From Fibrobacteria bacterium (lineage in GTDB: Bacteria; Fibrobacterota; Chitinivibrionia; Chitinivibrionales; FEN-1185), in NCBI GenBank assembly GCA_037447435.1, contig JBBIGR010000003.1:64001-128000 (forward strand): a DNA stretch of 64,000 nucleotides. Reading direction: 5' to 3'. A model generated the notes under the pieces. That model was given only the letters and a program-made list of their open reading frames with translations, was not told where the DNA came from and made no database searches. The translations under genes were made by a program, and so were the position numbers. Shown piece by piece: positions 55,594 to 64,000 of this stretch. Within the stretch, counting starts at the first letter, position 1; every line of letters begins with the position of its first letter.

Positions 55594-56793
55594 TTATTTC
55601 ATTAATTGCCGTATGGCTTCTGCAACGATTTGGATACCGGTTTCGATTTTTTCCTCAGGTGTATGGGAAAATGCAAGCCTGAAGCAATTGTTGCGAACGC
55701 CTTCAGGATCAAAGGCGTTGCCGATAACAAAAGCTGCGCCTTTTTTAATCGATGCGGCAAAAACATCCGAAGAGTCTATGTGCTGCGGCAAAGTAACCCA
55801 AATGAAAAATCCACCCCGCGGGTTTGTCCAGGTTACGGTATCCGGCATGTACTTGTCCAATGCGGAAATCATGATGCCCGCCCTGCGTTTATAGGTCGGG
55901 CGAAGCATGTGAAGGTATGGAGCAAGTTTTCCTTGACGGAGGTATTCGTCGGCAAGGACCTGATTGAATGTCGACGAGCAGGCATCCATGGACTGTTTCG
56001 CAAGTTCGCATTTTTCAATAATTTCGTTCGGTGCACAGAGCCAGCCGAGTCTCATGCCCGGCCCGAAAATTTTCGCGAATGTTCCTACATAGCAAATAGG
56101 GGCGTCGACGGAAGCCGTTGTTTTCAGCGGAACAACGAGATCTTTATCGGTATCGTCAAAGTATAACTCGCTATACGGATCATCTTCGATGAGGCAAACG
56201 TCGGGATGTTTTGCCATAAGTTCGAGCACCTGTTTTTTACGCTGCAGACTATACATGGTGCCTGCGGGATTCTGAAAAACAGGGTTTAAATACACCATTT
56301 TCGGTTTAAGGAATTTATCGGATAACGCTGTGTCAAGCGCCTCGATGTCGATGCCGTCGTTGTCAAGATTGATTCCTTTTAATATGGCGCCGTATGATTT
56401 GAACGCAGCAAGCGCTCCGATGAAACTGGGAAACTCGGTGATGACCCGGTCCTGAGGGTCAAGAAGCACTTTGGAAACAAGACTCAATGCCTGTTGGGCG
56501 CCGGTGGTGATGATTAAACCGTTGTGCTGCACCGGAATGCCGCGGGATGCCAGATAAGCCTTGAGCGACTCCAGAAGCGGCGGATATCCGGATGTCGGAC
56601 CGTATTGGAAGGCGATTTGTTTTTTTGTCAATGACAACGAATTGTAAATATCGTCCGTTGCCTCTATGGGAAACAGCGAATTGTTCGGCATGCCCCCTGC
56701 AAAGGAAATGATGCTCGGGTCTGCGGCAAGCGCCATAAGACGACGGATTTCGGATGAACGCATGTTTTGTGCGCTTTGGGAGAATTGAATCAT
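55594..56793 (-). CDS. PLP-dependent class I aminotransferase (2-aminoadipate transaminase/MocR-like)
   Basis: ISFAGGMP, FQYG, FQNPAG, EDDPY, GTFAKIFGPGMRLGW and RLAFS. Confidence 0.9.
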   Translation of the reverse strand: MIQFSQSAQNMRSSEIRRLMALAADPSIISFAGGMPNNSLFPIEATDDIYNSLSLTKKQIAFQYGPTSGYPPLLESLKAYLASRGIPVQHNGLIITTGAQQALSLVSKVLLDPQDRVITEFPSFIGALAAFKSYGAILKGINLDNDGIDIEALDTALSDKFLKPKMVYLNPVFQNPAGTMYSLQRKKQVLELMAKHPDVCLIEDDPYSELYFDDTDKDLVVPLKTTASVDAPICYVGTFAKIFGPGMRLGWLCAPNEIIEKCELAKQSMDACSSTFNQVLADEYLRQGKLAPYLHMLRPTYKRRAGIMISALDKYMPDTVTWTNPRGGFFIWVTLPQHIDSSDVFAASIKKGAAFVIGNAFDPEGVRNNCFRLAFSHTPEEKIETGIQIVAEAIRQLMK

Positions 56794-56836
56794 GATATAT
56801 CACCCTTGTCGATTAATAATGTGAATAAGAAAATGT

Positions 56837-57295
56837 CTAATTGAAATCTCTGGTATGGGAGGAATATTTTTTTACCGCAAAGTCTGCGCACGACGGTCGA
56901 TTGCCGGCTTCGATGACTATAGTGGTATTTACATTACCCCTTGGGAAAAAATCACCGACAAGCAAAAGCCATTTCGGTTTAATGAGCATATGTACGGTCG
57001 TAAAAAGATGCTCGGAGACGGTTTCGTGAAAAGTGCCGATCATCCGGAACGAATTAAGATATAATTTCCAGGATTTGAGTTCAATGCATTTGCTCGTTGG
57101 CAAGTAATAAAGGTCGATTGAGGCAAAATCCGGATAACCGGTTTTCGGGCAAACGCAGGTGAATTCGGGAAAAATGATTTTTACAACGCTGTTTTTACCC
57201 GTTTTTGCGGCAATTGGGTTGGGAAATGTTTCAATTGCGGGCAAATATTTCTTTTTTAATGCATCGGGAAGTAGGGTCATTTCGTTTTTGAACAT
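56837..57295 (-). CDS. queF: NADPH-dependent 7-cyano-7-deazaguanine reductase (unimodular)
   Basis: EFTCVCPKTGYPDF; ELKSWKLYLNSFR; FHE; PRG. Confidence 0.9.
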   Translation of the reverse strand: MFKNEMTLLPDALKKKYLPAIETFPNPIAAKTGKNSVVKIIFPEFTCVCPKTGYPDFASIDLYYLPTSKCIELKSWKLYLNSFRMIGTFHETVSEHLFTTVHMLIKPKWLLLVGDFFPRGNVNTTIVIEAGNRPSCADFAVKKYSSHTRDFN

Positions 57296-57366
57296 AGAGT
57301 ATTTTTAAACTCCGTCGAAGGTAAATAATAGGCCTATCACGTACGTAAATTACATTACTCCGGACT

Positions 57367-58776
57367 ATGGAAACAAACGGCAATTCAATCAAAAGAACGG
57401 TTTTGGCAGTCGCATCTGTCGGTTCCTTCTTCGTACCGTTTATGGGGGCTTCTTCGACTGTCGCCCTCCCCGCAATAGCAAAGCAGTTTTCCGCAAGCGG
57501 GTTAATGCTGAGCTGGATTGCGACGGCGTTTATTTTGGCGTCTGCAATGTTTTTATTGCCGTTTTCAAGGGCCGCGGATATTTATGGCCGGAAAAAAGTT
57601 TTTTCTTGGGGACTGACTCTTTTTACAATAGCAACGGTTATTTGCGGTTTATCGATTTCAATTCAAATGTTGATCGCGGCACGGTTTCTGCAGGGTGTTT
57701 CGGCTGCCATGATTTTTGGTACCGGAATGTCCTTGGTAACATCGGTTTTTCCGCCCGGCGAACGCGGAAAAGCCCTTGGCATTGTTTCCGCCTCAGTATA
57801 TACCGGGTTGTTTCTCGGTCCAAGTTTAGGCGGTTTTTTAACATCGACTCTGGGGTGGCAAAGCGTCTTTTTCCTTGCCGCAGCAATTTCCGCGATCCTT
57901 GTCGTATGCATCCGGTTTTTTCTCAAAGGCGAATGGACTCAGGGGAGCAAGGAAAAATTCGACGTCATCGGTTCCGTAATGTACAGTATCGCACTTGTTT
58001 GCCTCATGTATGGTTGCAGTGTTTTACCGAAATCTTTTGGATTTGTGGCAATAGTCGTCGGCGTTTTGGGTCTGACTTGTTTTTGGCTTTTTGAAACGAT
58101 GATAGCTTTCCCGATTTTCAACACGCGTTTGTTTGCTCAAAACCGGGTCTTTGCATTTTCAAACATAACCTCGCTGTTCAACTACAGTGCGACATTTGCA
58201 GTGACCTTTCTGATTAGTTTGTATTTACAATATATCAAAGGATTCGGCCCTACGCACGCGGGCATGGTCCTTCTTGCTTCGCCGCTTGTGCAGGCATTGT
58301 TTTCTCCTTTTGCCGGAAAAATGTCGGACAAATTTGAGCCGCGCATCATAGCGTCCGGCGGTATGGCGTTTTGTTGCATCGGATTGATTACGCTTATATT
58401 TTTAACCCCGCAATCCTCGGTTGTTTCAACGGTGTTGCGTCTTCTGCTCATTGGGGCCGGATTTGCTTTTTTTGCATCGCCCAATACCAATGCCGCAATG
58501 AGCTCTGTTGATAAAAAGGATTACGGCGTTGCGTCGGGAACCGTGGGCACGATGAGGATTTTCGGGCAAATGGTTTCCATGGTCATTATTACGACCGTGC
58601 TTGCGCTGCATATCGGGACCGCAAAGATATTGCCGCAAAATTATCCGCAATTTCTTGCGAGCATGAAAATGGCTTTTGCGATTTTTGCAACATTATGTTT
58701 TATCGGAATTTTCACGTCCCTCGCGCGTGGCAGGACGTTACCAGTTGGAGGCAAGACGTTGGAAGTTGGAAGTTAA
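57367..58776 (+). CDS. MFS transporter, DHA2 (14-TM) type
   Basis: ADIYGRKK, ARFLQG, ERGKALG, GPSLGG and GKMSDK. Confidence 0.92.
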   Translation: METNGNSIKRTVLAVASVGSFFVPFMGASSTVALPAIAKQFSASGLMLSWIATAFILASAMFLLPFSRAADIYGRKKVFSWGLTLFTIATVICGLSISIQMLIAARFLQGVSAAMIFGTGMSLVTSVFPPGERGKALGIVSASVYTGLFLGPSLGGFLTSTLGWQSVFFLAAAISAILVVCIRFFLKGEWTQGSKEKFDVIGSVMYSIALVCLMYGCSVLPKSFGFVAIVVGVLGLTCFWLFETMIAFPIFNTRLFAQNRVFAFSNITSLFNYSATFAVTFLISLYLQYIKGFGPTHAGMVLLASPLVQALFSPFAGKMSDKFEPRIIASGGMAFCCIGLITLIFLTPQSSVVSTVLRLLLIGAGFAFFASPNTNAAMSSVDKKDYGVASGTVGTMRIFGQMVSMVIITTVLALHIGTAKILPQNYPQFLASMKMAFAIFATLCFIGIFTSLARGRTLPVGGKTLEVGS

Positions 58777-58778
58777 AT

Positions 58779-59849
58779 ATGTCGCGTATCTTAATTGCAA
58801 TGAGCGGCGGAGTGGATTCATCGGTGGCGGCAGCCTTGCTTAAAGAGCAAGGGCACGATGTTTTGGGCGTTACCATGAAACTGTTGGACACAAAGCCGCA
58901 AGACGCCGCGTCATGCAAATCGTGCTGCGGTTACGACGCGAGCCGCGACGCCAAGCTTGTTGCGGATGAAATCGGCATTCCCCATTATACGGTGAATGCT
59001 GTTGACATTTTTAAAGAAACCGTCATCGATGATTTTATGTCCGAATATGCGTGCGGCAGGACGCCGAACCCGTGCGTCCGTTGCAATCAATTCGTCAAAT
59101 TCGATTACCTGATGAAAAAGGCCGATGAGCTTGATTGTGAATTTTTGGCTACCGGCCATTATGCCATACGCGAAGGGCAGTGGCTTTACAGGGGAAAAGA
59201 TCCTAAAAAAGATCAAGCCTATTTTTTATATGTTGTTTACGGGACCGCTTTTAACCGCGTATTGTTTCCCCTCGGTACGATGATTAAAGACGAAATACGC
59301 TCGATCGCTTCGAATTTGCACCTTATTACCGCACATAAACCCGAAAGTCAGGACATCTGTTTTGTTCCTGACGGCGATTATTCCGCATTGCTTTCTAAAG
59401 GAAAATCCGCGCCACCTGGCCCCATAATCGATACCGCGGGGAACGTGGTTGGACGGCATACCGGCATTCATTGCTATACCATAGGCCAACGAAAAGGCCT
59501 CGGTGCGTTCGGCACGCGAATGTTTGTCAAGGAAATCCGGGTGGATGAAAATGCTATTGTCGTCGGGACCGAAGAGGATTTGGCCACGAATTTCATTTCG
59601 GTTACCCGTATGGTCTGGGCGCCGCAGTATGAAATTCCTTTGCACAAACATCTTGAAGTGCAGGTACGCTATCGAAGCAGGCCGGTGAAGTGCAAAATCG
59701 TTCGTATCGATAAAACCAAAGCGGAAATCGAGTTTACGGAACCTGTGCGCGCCGTTGCTGCAGGTCAATCGGCTGTAATTTACGATGGCGAAATGGTGGT
59801 TGGTGGCGGGATCATCGAACGGGCCGGTAAAGAAGGCGAAAAGCCTTAG
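58779..59849 (+). CDS. mnmA: tRNA 2-thiouridine(34) synthase
   Basis: AMSGGVDSS, GRTPNPCVRCN, ATGHY, KDQAYFL, ESQDICF and YTIGQRKGL; true start ATG 58779. Confidence 0.96.
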   Translation: MSRILIAMSGGVDSSVAAALLKEQGHDVLGVTMKLLDTKPQDAASCKSCCGYDASRDAKLVADEIGIPHYTVNAVDIFKETVIDDFMSEYACGRTPNPCVRCNQFVKFDYLMKKADELDCEFLATGHYAIREGQWLYRGKDPKKDQAYFLYVVYGTAFNRVLFPLGTMIKDEIRSIASNLHLITAHKPESQDICFVPDGDYSALLSKGKSAPPGPIIDTAGNVVGRHTGIHCYTIGQRKGLGAFGTRMFVKEIRVDENAIVVGTEEDLATNFISVTRMVWAPQYEIPLHKHLEVQVRYRSRPVKCKIVRIDKTKAEIEFTEPVRAVAAGQSAVIYDGEMVVGGGIIERAGKEGEKP

Positions 59850-60829
59850 TAGGGCATTTGACCTTTTTGGGCTTCCGCAGCATCGAGTACGAATCCCAAT
59901 TGTTCCTGCAAATCATTGATTTCGCGCTGCCAGAACGGTTCCGAGCCCCAGTCGGGAAAATTCCGTTTGAAAACGAAATCGTTTTGCTGTTTGCCGCACC
60001 ATCCTAAAAAGTAAATCATTCTCATGGCACGCAGCGATTCTATGCAACGGATGCTTGATCTGTTAAATTCGCGGAACTGCTCGTATCCCTCGATGAACAA
60101 ATCCATTTCCAAAAACGATTTGTTCGCCCGGTCGGGCAGCAATAGCCACACATCTTGTATGGGTGGTCCCATGGCCATGTCGTCGAAATCGATAAGCAAC
60201 AGGCCTTCTTCCAGTCTGTCGAGGATATTTCCCCTATGACAATCGCCGTGAATACGGATGCATTCCAGGCCTTCGAAAAGCGAGGCGCTTGCGTCGATGA
60301 GCCTTTTTGCCATAGATGCAAACTGTTCGCTCATGCGCGGGGGAATGACCGATGAACAAAGATGGTCGACATCGTTTTGCGCGGATTGCCTGGGCCCTAT
60401 AACGATACGGTGCTCGGCTTTCCGTTTTGCCCCGCATATATGCATTCGCGCAATGAGTGAACCGAGCCGAATCCAATCGTCGTCGGTGTTTATTTCGAGC
60501 TGCCGTCCCGCACGTTTGGGGAACAGGGAAAACAAAATGCCGTTGTGTTCGGCTAAGGTCGATTTATCGGGAAACAACAAAGGGGCGACCACGGGAAGCT
60601 CGGCTTCCTGACAATCGAGCACGAAACGATGTTCGTCTTCGATTGCCTGGCGCGTCCATCGTCCGGGTCGGTAAAATTTCGCAATGAGCTTTGTTCCGTC
60701 TTTTGCACGCAACTCATAGACACGGTTAATGTAGCTTGGAAGCGCAACGGTCAGACCGGTCAGTTTAATGTCTGCTGCCGATTCCACTGTGTTAAGTATT
60801 GCGTCGGGGGTCAGTTGTTCAAAAGACAT
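59846..60829 (-). CDS. srkA: Stress response Ser/Thr kinase SrkA/RdoA
   Basis: SYINRVY, AKFYRPGRW...EH.F, RIHGDCHRGN, DFDD...GPPIQD.W, FP.W; start MSFEQLTPD at 60829. Confidence 0.88.
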   Translation of the reverse strand: MSFEQLTPDAILNTVESAADIKLTGLTVALPSYINRVYELRAKDGTKLIAKFYRPGRWTRQAIEDEHRFVLDCQEAELPVVAPLLFPDKSTLAEHNGILFSLFPKRAGRQLEINTDDDWIRLGSLIARMHICGAKRKAEHRIVIGPRQSAQNDVDHLCSSVIPPRMSEQFASMAKRLIDASASLFEGLECIRIHGDCHRGNILDRLEEGLLLIDFDDMAMGPPIQDVWLLLPDRANKSFLEMDLFIEGYEQFREFNRSSIRCIESLRAMRMIYFLGWCGKQQNDFVFKRNFPDWGSEPFWQREINDLQEQLGFVLDAAEAQKGQMPY

Positions 60830-60869
60830 AATAAGCCCTTGTTTGAAAACCCGGACAAAAAAAATGCTG

Positions 60870-60907
60870 GAACAGTATATCGTATCAAAGGGACGATACA
60901 CTGTTCA
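60870..60907. terminator. Hairpin followed by a T-run on the minus strand; likely helicase terminator/attenuator
   Basis: GAACAGTATATCGT-loop-ACGATACACTGTTC, with an A8 run just to the left. Confidence 0.5.
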
Positions 60908-60965
60908 TAAAATCTAATCCGTTGCTTCCCCTTTCCGCTATCGCTTCGGGGGATAATTTTAGCTG

Positions 60966-61000
60966 AGATATTATCTACGCGTCTCGCGTAGATAATATCT
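60966..61000. repeat. Perfect 16-bp-arm palindrome
   Basis: AGATATTATCTACGCG-TCT-CGCGTAGATAATATCT. Confidence 0.85.
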
Positions 61001-61009
61001 ATCACTAAA

Positions 61010-62230
61010 TCAAGCGAAACGGGGCGTTCTGTAATACTGACGTTTGCGAAGGATTTGCGATCCCATTTTGACGACGACCGGTGCGGCTTCGACACGACCG
61101 GGTGTCGTAAAACCGGGGTATTGTTTCACTTCGAGGCGTTTCCCGATGAGACGTTCTATTTTGGTAACATAGCTTTGTTCGTCGCTCGACACAAAGGTGA
61201 GAGAAATGCCTTTCGCCTCTGCCCGGCCGGTACGCCCGATTCTATGGACGTAGTCTTCGGCAAACGCCGGCGTATCGTAATTGACAACGTGCGTTATTCC
61301 GTCCACGTCGATTCCGCGAGCCGCCAGATCGGTTGCCACAAGCACCTTGTACTGGCCCCTTTTGAAACCGTCAAGTGCATGCATACGCTGACTTTGGGAA
61401 CGGTTCGAATGAATCGTTGTCGACGCATAGCCGTTGCTTTGGAGTTTCCGCGAGATTTTGTCTGCGCCGTGTTTAGTCCGCGAGAATACGAGCATCGGCC
61501 CTGTTTCTTCATTCGAGAGAACATGGAGAAGCAGGCTCAGCTTCGACGGCTGCGGCACACAATAAAAATGCTGCGTTACCGTTTGCGCGGGTGTACTGGT
61601 TGTTCCCACGGTCACCACGGACGGATTGTTCTGGATGGCGGCAACCAAAGAACGGATTTCATGCGACATGGTCGCGGAAAACAGCATTGTTTGCCGTTTC
61701 TTGGGCACACAGGCTATGATCGCACGAACCGCTTTGATGAACCCCATATCGTACATTCTGTCCGCTTCATCGAGCACCAACGTTTCGACGCACGACAAAT
61801 TGACGCTGCGGCGTTCCAAATGGTCTAGCAGTCTCCCCGGGGTCGCTACAATGATGTCGACGCCGTTTTTAAGGCTCTTGAATTGCTTTTTAATATCGAC
61901 GCCGCCGTAAATCGAAACCGCCCTGAATTGCGTGAATTTGCCGTACGTGCAAATTGCATCTTCGATTTGCTGCGCCAGTTCGCGCGTCGGGGTCAAAATA
62001 AGCACTCGGGGCGCCCGATGCGTTTGGACGGGCGACGACTCTAATTTGTTAAGTATCGGCAAAACGAATGCCGCTGTTTTGCCGGTGCCTGTCGGCGCAC
62101 AACCGATGATGTCGTTACCCGAAAGTGCAAGCGGTATCGCTTTTTTCTGGATTTCGGTAGGTGAACTGTACCCTGATGCGGAAACGCCCTGCATGACTGA
62201 ATCGGAAAGTCCGATTGTAGAAAAACTCAT
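61010..62230 (-). CDS. DEAD-box ATP-dependent RNA helicase (RhlE-like)
   Basis: TGTGKT, PTRELA, TPGRL, DEAD, SAT, ARGID and HRIGRTGR. Confidence 0.95.
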   Translation of the reverse strand: MSFSTIGLSDSVMQGVSASGYSSPTEIQKKAIPLALSGNDIIGCAPTGTGKTAAFVLPILNKLESSPVQTHRAPRVLILTPTRELAQQIEDAICTYGKFTQFRAVSIYGGVDIKKQFKSLKNGVDIIVATPGRLLDHLERRSVNLSCVETLVLDEADRMYDMGFIKAVRAIIACVPKKRQTMLFSATMSHEIRSLVAAIQNNPSVVTVGTTSTPAQTVTQHFYCVPQPSKLSLLLHVLSNEETGPMLVFSRTKHGADKISRKLQSNGYASTTIHSNRSQSQRMHALDGFKRGQYKVLVATDLAARGIDVDGITHVVNYDTPAFAEDYVHRIGRTGRAEAKGISLTFVSSDEQSYVTKIERLIGKRLEVKQYPGFTTPGRVEAAPVVVKMGSQILRKRQYYRTPRFA

Positions 62231-62486
62231 AACATTCCTTTGTGGGGAAATAGATGTGTGACTCGCGATGTACGGATAAAAACAAGCAGGGGTAAGACAA
62301 GAAAGGAGAAGTCTCGAATAAACCTATGCCGAAAATCATCTGACTGCGGGTCTGGTTGCCGCTTGCTTTTGGTTTAAAACAAAGCGGAGTCTGCTTTTTG
62401 CAGAAACCATAATATAATTCTTTTTATATATAAAAGTTTAAATAATAATAAAACTTGCGTGTTTCATTTCACACCCCCCTAATACC

Positions 62487-62515
62487 TTGCATTTACCCAA
62501 CCTAATATCTATCTT
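62487..62515 (+). promoter_or_regulatory. Candidate sigma70 promoter of the hybrid kinase
   Basis: TTGCAT-N17-TATCTT. Confidence 0.4.
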
Positions 62516-62614
62516 AGTTGAGCGAGTGAGTTCGATGTAGCTTCCCGACTGCTTTGTATGCTCGCGTTCGTTTGATTCGCAGGCGAATACGGTTTAATCA
62601 AAGGGAGGTGCCGT

Positions 62615-64000
62615 ATGACAACCGAAAATACTAATTCCGAAATAGCAAATAACATTCAAGATTCCATACGTACTATGCTGTTCGGATCGTTGCAGGAAGG
62701 CGTCGTTATATGCGATTCCAGTGCAAAAATTGCATATATCAACATGGCGGCGGAAGCCATACTCGAGCTTTATGGGGGCGCGGCAATCGGAAGAGACATA
62801 AGCCAGGTGTACGTTACGCTGTATGAGGCGGGGCGATCGCCGAGCGAAAACACTTGCAGGAAAGTCCTGGAAACTCGCCTGGCAAAACAAAATAAACGGT
62901 TGCTGATTTGTATCGGCCAAGGAGGAAAGGAGCATTTGGTTTTCGAAAGTGCGGCGCCGCTTTTCGACGATAAAAATAATTTTTCCGGCGTAATTCTTAT
63001 AATACGCGATGTTTCGGACATTATAAACGAAGTTCGCGTCCCCCATAAGATGGAGTCTTTTAAAACTCTGGCAGGAGGAATGGCCAACGACTTCAATAAC
63101 CTGTTAACGGTCATTACCAATTCGCTTTTCATGGCACGTTTGGACCTGGACAGCAAAAGTGAAAAATATCAGATTCTATTAAGTGCCGAAAAAGCGGCGG
63201 TTCAGGCGAATGCCCTGACAAATCAGTTGCTGTCCATAGCCGGCGGCGGCCGTCCGGTGATGACCGAAATCGATTTACGAAATGTAATATCCGAGGCAGC
63301 TGGGTTCATCATCACCGATAATGCCGTTGATTACGATATCACGTTCGACGACAATTTAGCATTGGTGCATGCCGATAGGGGAATGATAGATCAGGCAATC
63401 GGAAATGTGATCAAAAATGCAGTGCAGGCACTTCCCGACGGCGGAGAAATCAAAATGAATGTTGCCAATGTCAGTGTCGACTCCAGTATGCCGTTGCCAC
63501 TTTCCGACGGAGAATATGTCAAGGTTTCAATATGGGATAACGGCAAAGGAATCCCAAGCGACCTGCGGGAACGAGTATTTGACCCGTTCTTTACGACCCG
63601 GTTGAACGGCCACGGCCTCGGATTATCGCTTGCGTATGCGGCAATACGACAACACGGCGGGCATATTACGGTAGATTCCGGCGAATCGGGCACCTCGGTA
63701 TGTTTATATTTGCCAAGCATAAAAGCGCAATCCGCAAAACCGCAAAAAAGTCCGTTTAAAGGCAGAATCTTGTTTATGGACGATGAAGAAATGGTACGGA
63801 GAAGCGCGCAAAGGATTCTCGAATATCTCGGCTTTTACGTTGAGCTTGCGACAGACGGCGATCAGGCCCTGGAGTTGTACAAAAAATCAATAAGCGACAA
63901 GAAACCCTTCGATATCGTATTGCTGGATTTGATCGTTGATTTTGGGAGAGGCGGGAAGGAAATTGTAAACGACCTTCTTGCGTTGAATCCGAATGCCAAC
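62615..64000 (+). CDS. PAS-HisKA-HATPase-REC hybrid sensor kinase (partial; H-box His replaced by Asn)
   Basis: Manual translation from ATG 62615 (GGGAGG RBS): PAS; LAGGMANDFNNLL; N box IKNAVQA; G1 DNGKGI; FDPFFTT; GHGLGL; REC ILFMDDE...VLLD. Runs off the window, so it is absent from the ORF track. Confidence 0.9.
   Translation, partial: MTTENTNSEIANNIQDSIRTMLFGSLQEGVVICDSSAKIAYINMAAEAILELYGGAAIGRDISQVYVTLYEAGRSPSENTCRKVLETRLAKQNKRLLICIGQGGKEHLVFESAAPLFDDKNNFSGVILIIRDVSDIINEVRVPHKMESFKTLAGGMANDFNNLLTVITNSLFMARLDLDSKSEKYQILLSAEKAAVQANALTNQLLSIAGGGRPVMTEIDLRNVISEAAGFIITDNAVDYDITFDDNLALVHADRGMIDQAIGNVIKNAVQALPDGGEIKMNVANVSVDSSMPLPLSDGEYVKVSIWDNGKGIPSDLRERVFDPFFTTRLNGHGLGLSLAYAAIRQHGGHITVDSGESGTSVCLYLPSIKAQSAKPQKSPFKGRILFMDDEEMVRRSAQRILEYLGFYVELATDGDQALELYKKSISDKKPFDIVLLDLIVDFGRGGKEIVNDLLALNPNAN

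Noticed and set aside
57296..57366. preQ1 riboswitch upstream of queF
   Set aside because: No recognisable preQ1-I stem-loop and A-rich tail in the 71-bp gap.

Overview
A gene-dense stretch of bacterial chromosome. Two large fibro-slime (PA14-like) surface proteins suggest a Fibrobacterota/Chitinivibrionia-like organism (inference). It holds about 45 CDSs and one initiator tRNA-fMet (49448-49524, minus). From left to right: an Ig-repeat lipoprotein; radical SAM, c-di-GMP and NifU genes; an acyl-CoA synthetase-ACP-PlsC fusion; two fibro-slime paralogs separated by a decayed 1.6 kb spacer; a bfr / fumC-acn-sucA-sucB-gltA-lldD-like cluster followed by small Cys-rich and ferritin-like genes; an orphan AbiEii-family nucleotidyltransferase; an ECF sigma/anti-sigma pair; queF, mnmA, srkA and a DEAD-box helicase; and a partial hybrid histidine kinase. 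The most notable unannotated signals are: (1) an array of about 14 short motifs phased at 20-21 bp (22643-22953); (2) five sigma54-type -24/-12 promoters across the bfr-TCA-small-protein region, plus one before the second fibro-slime gene, with candidate enhancer palindromes; (3) several apparent pseudo-enzymes (kinase H-box His->Asn, PlsC His->Arg, eroded RluB-like and ferritin-like motifs); (4) a SucB with no E3-binding domain and no lpd in the window; (5) an AbiEii-like toxin with no antitoxin beside tRNA-fMet. No CRISPR array, rRNA or intact transposase/integrase was seen. All family calls come from motif recognition by eye, not database searches.
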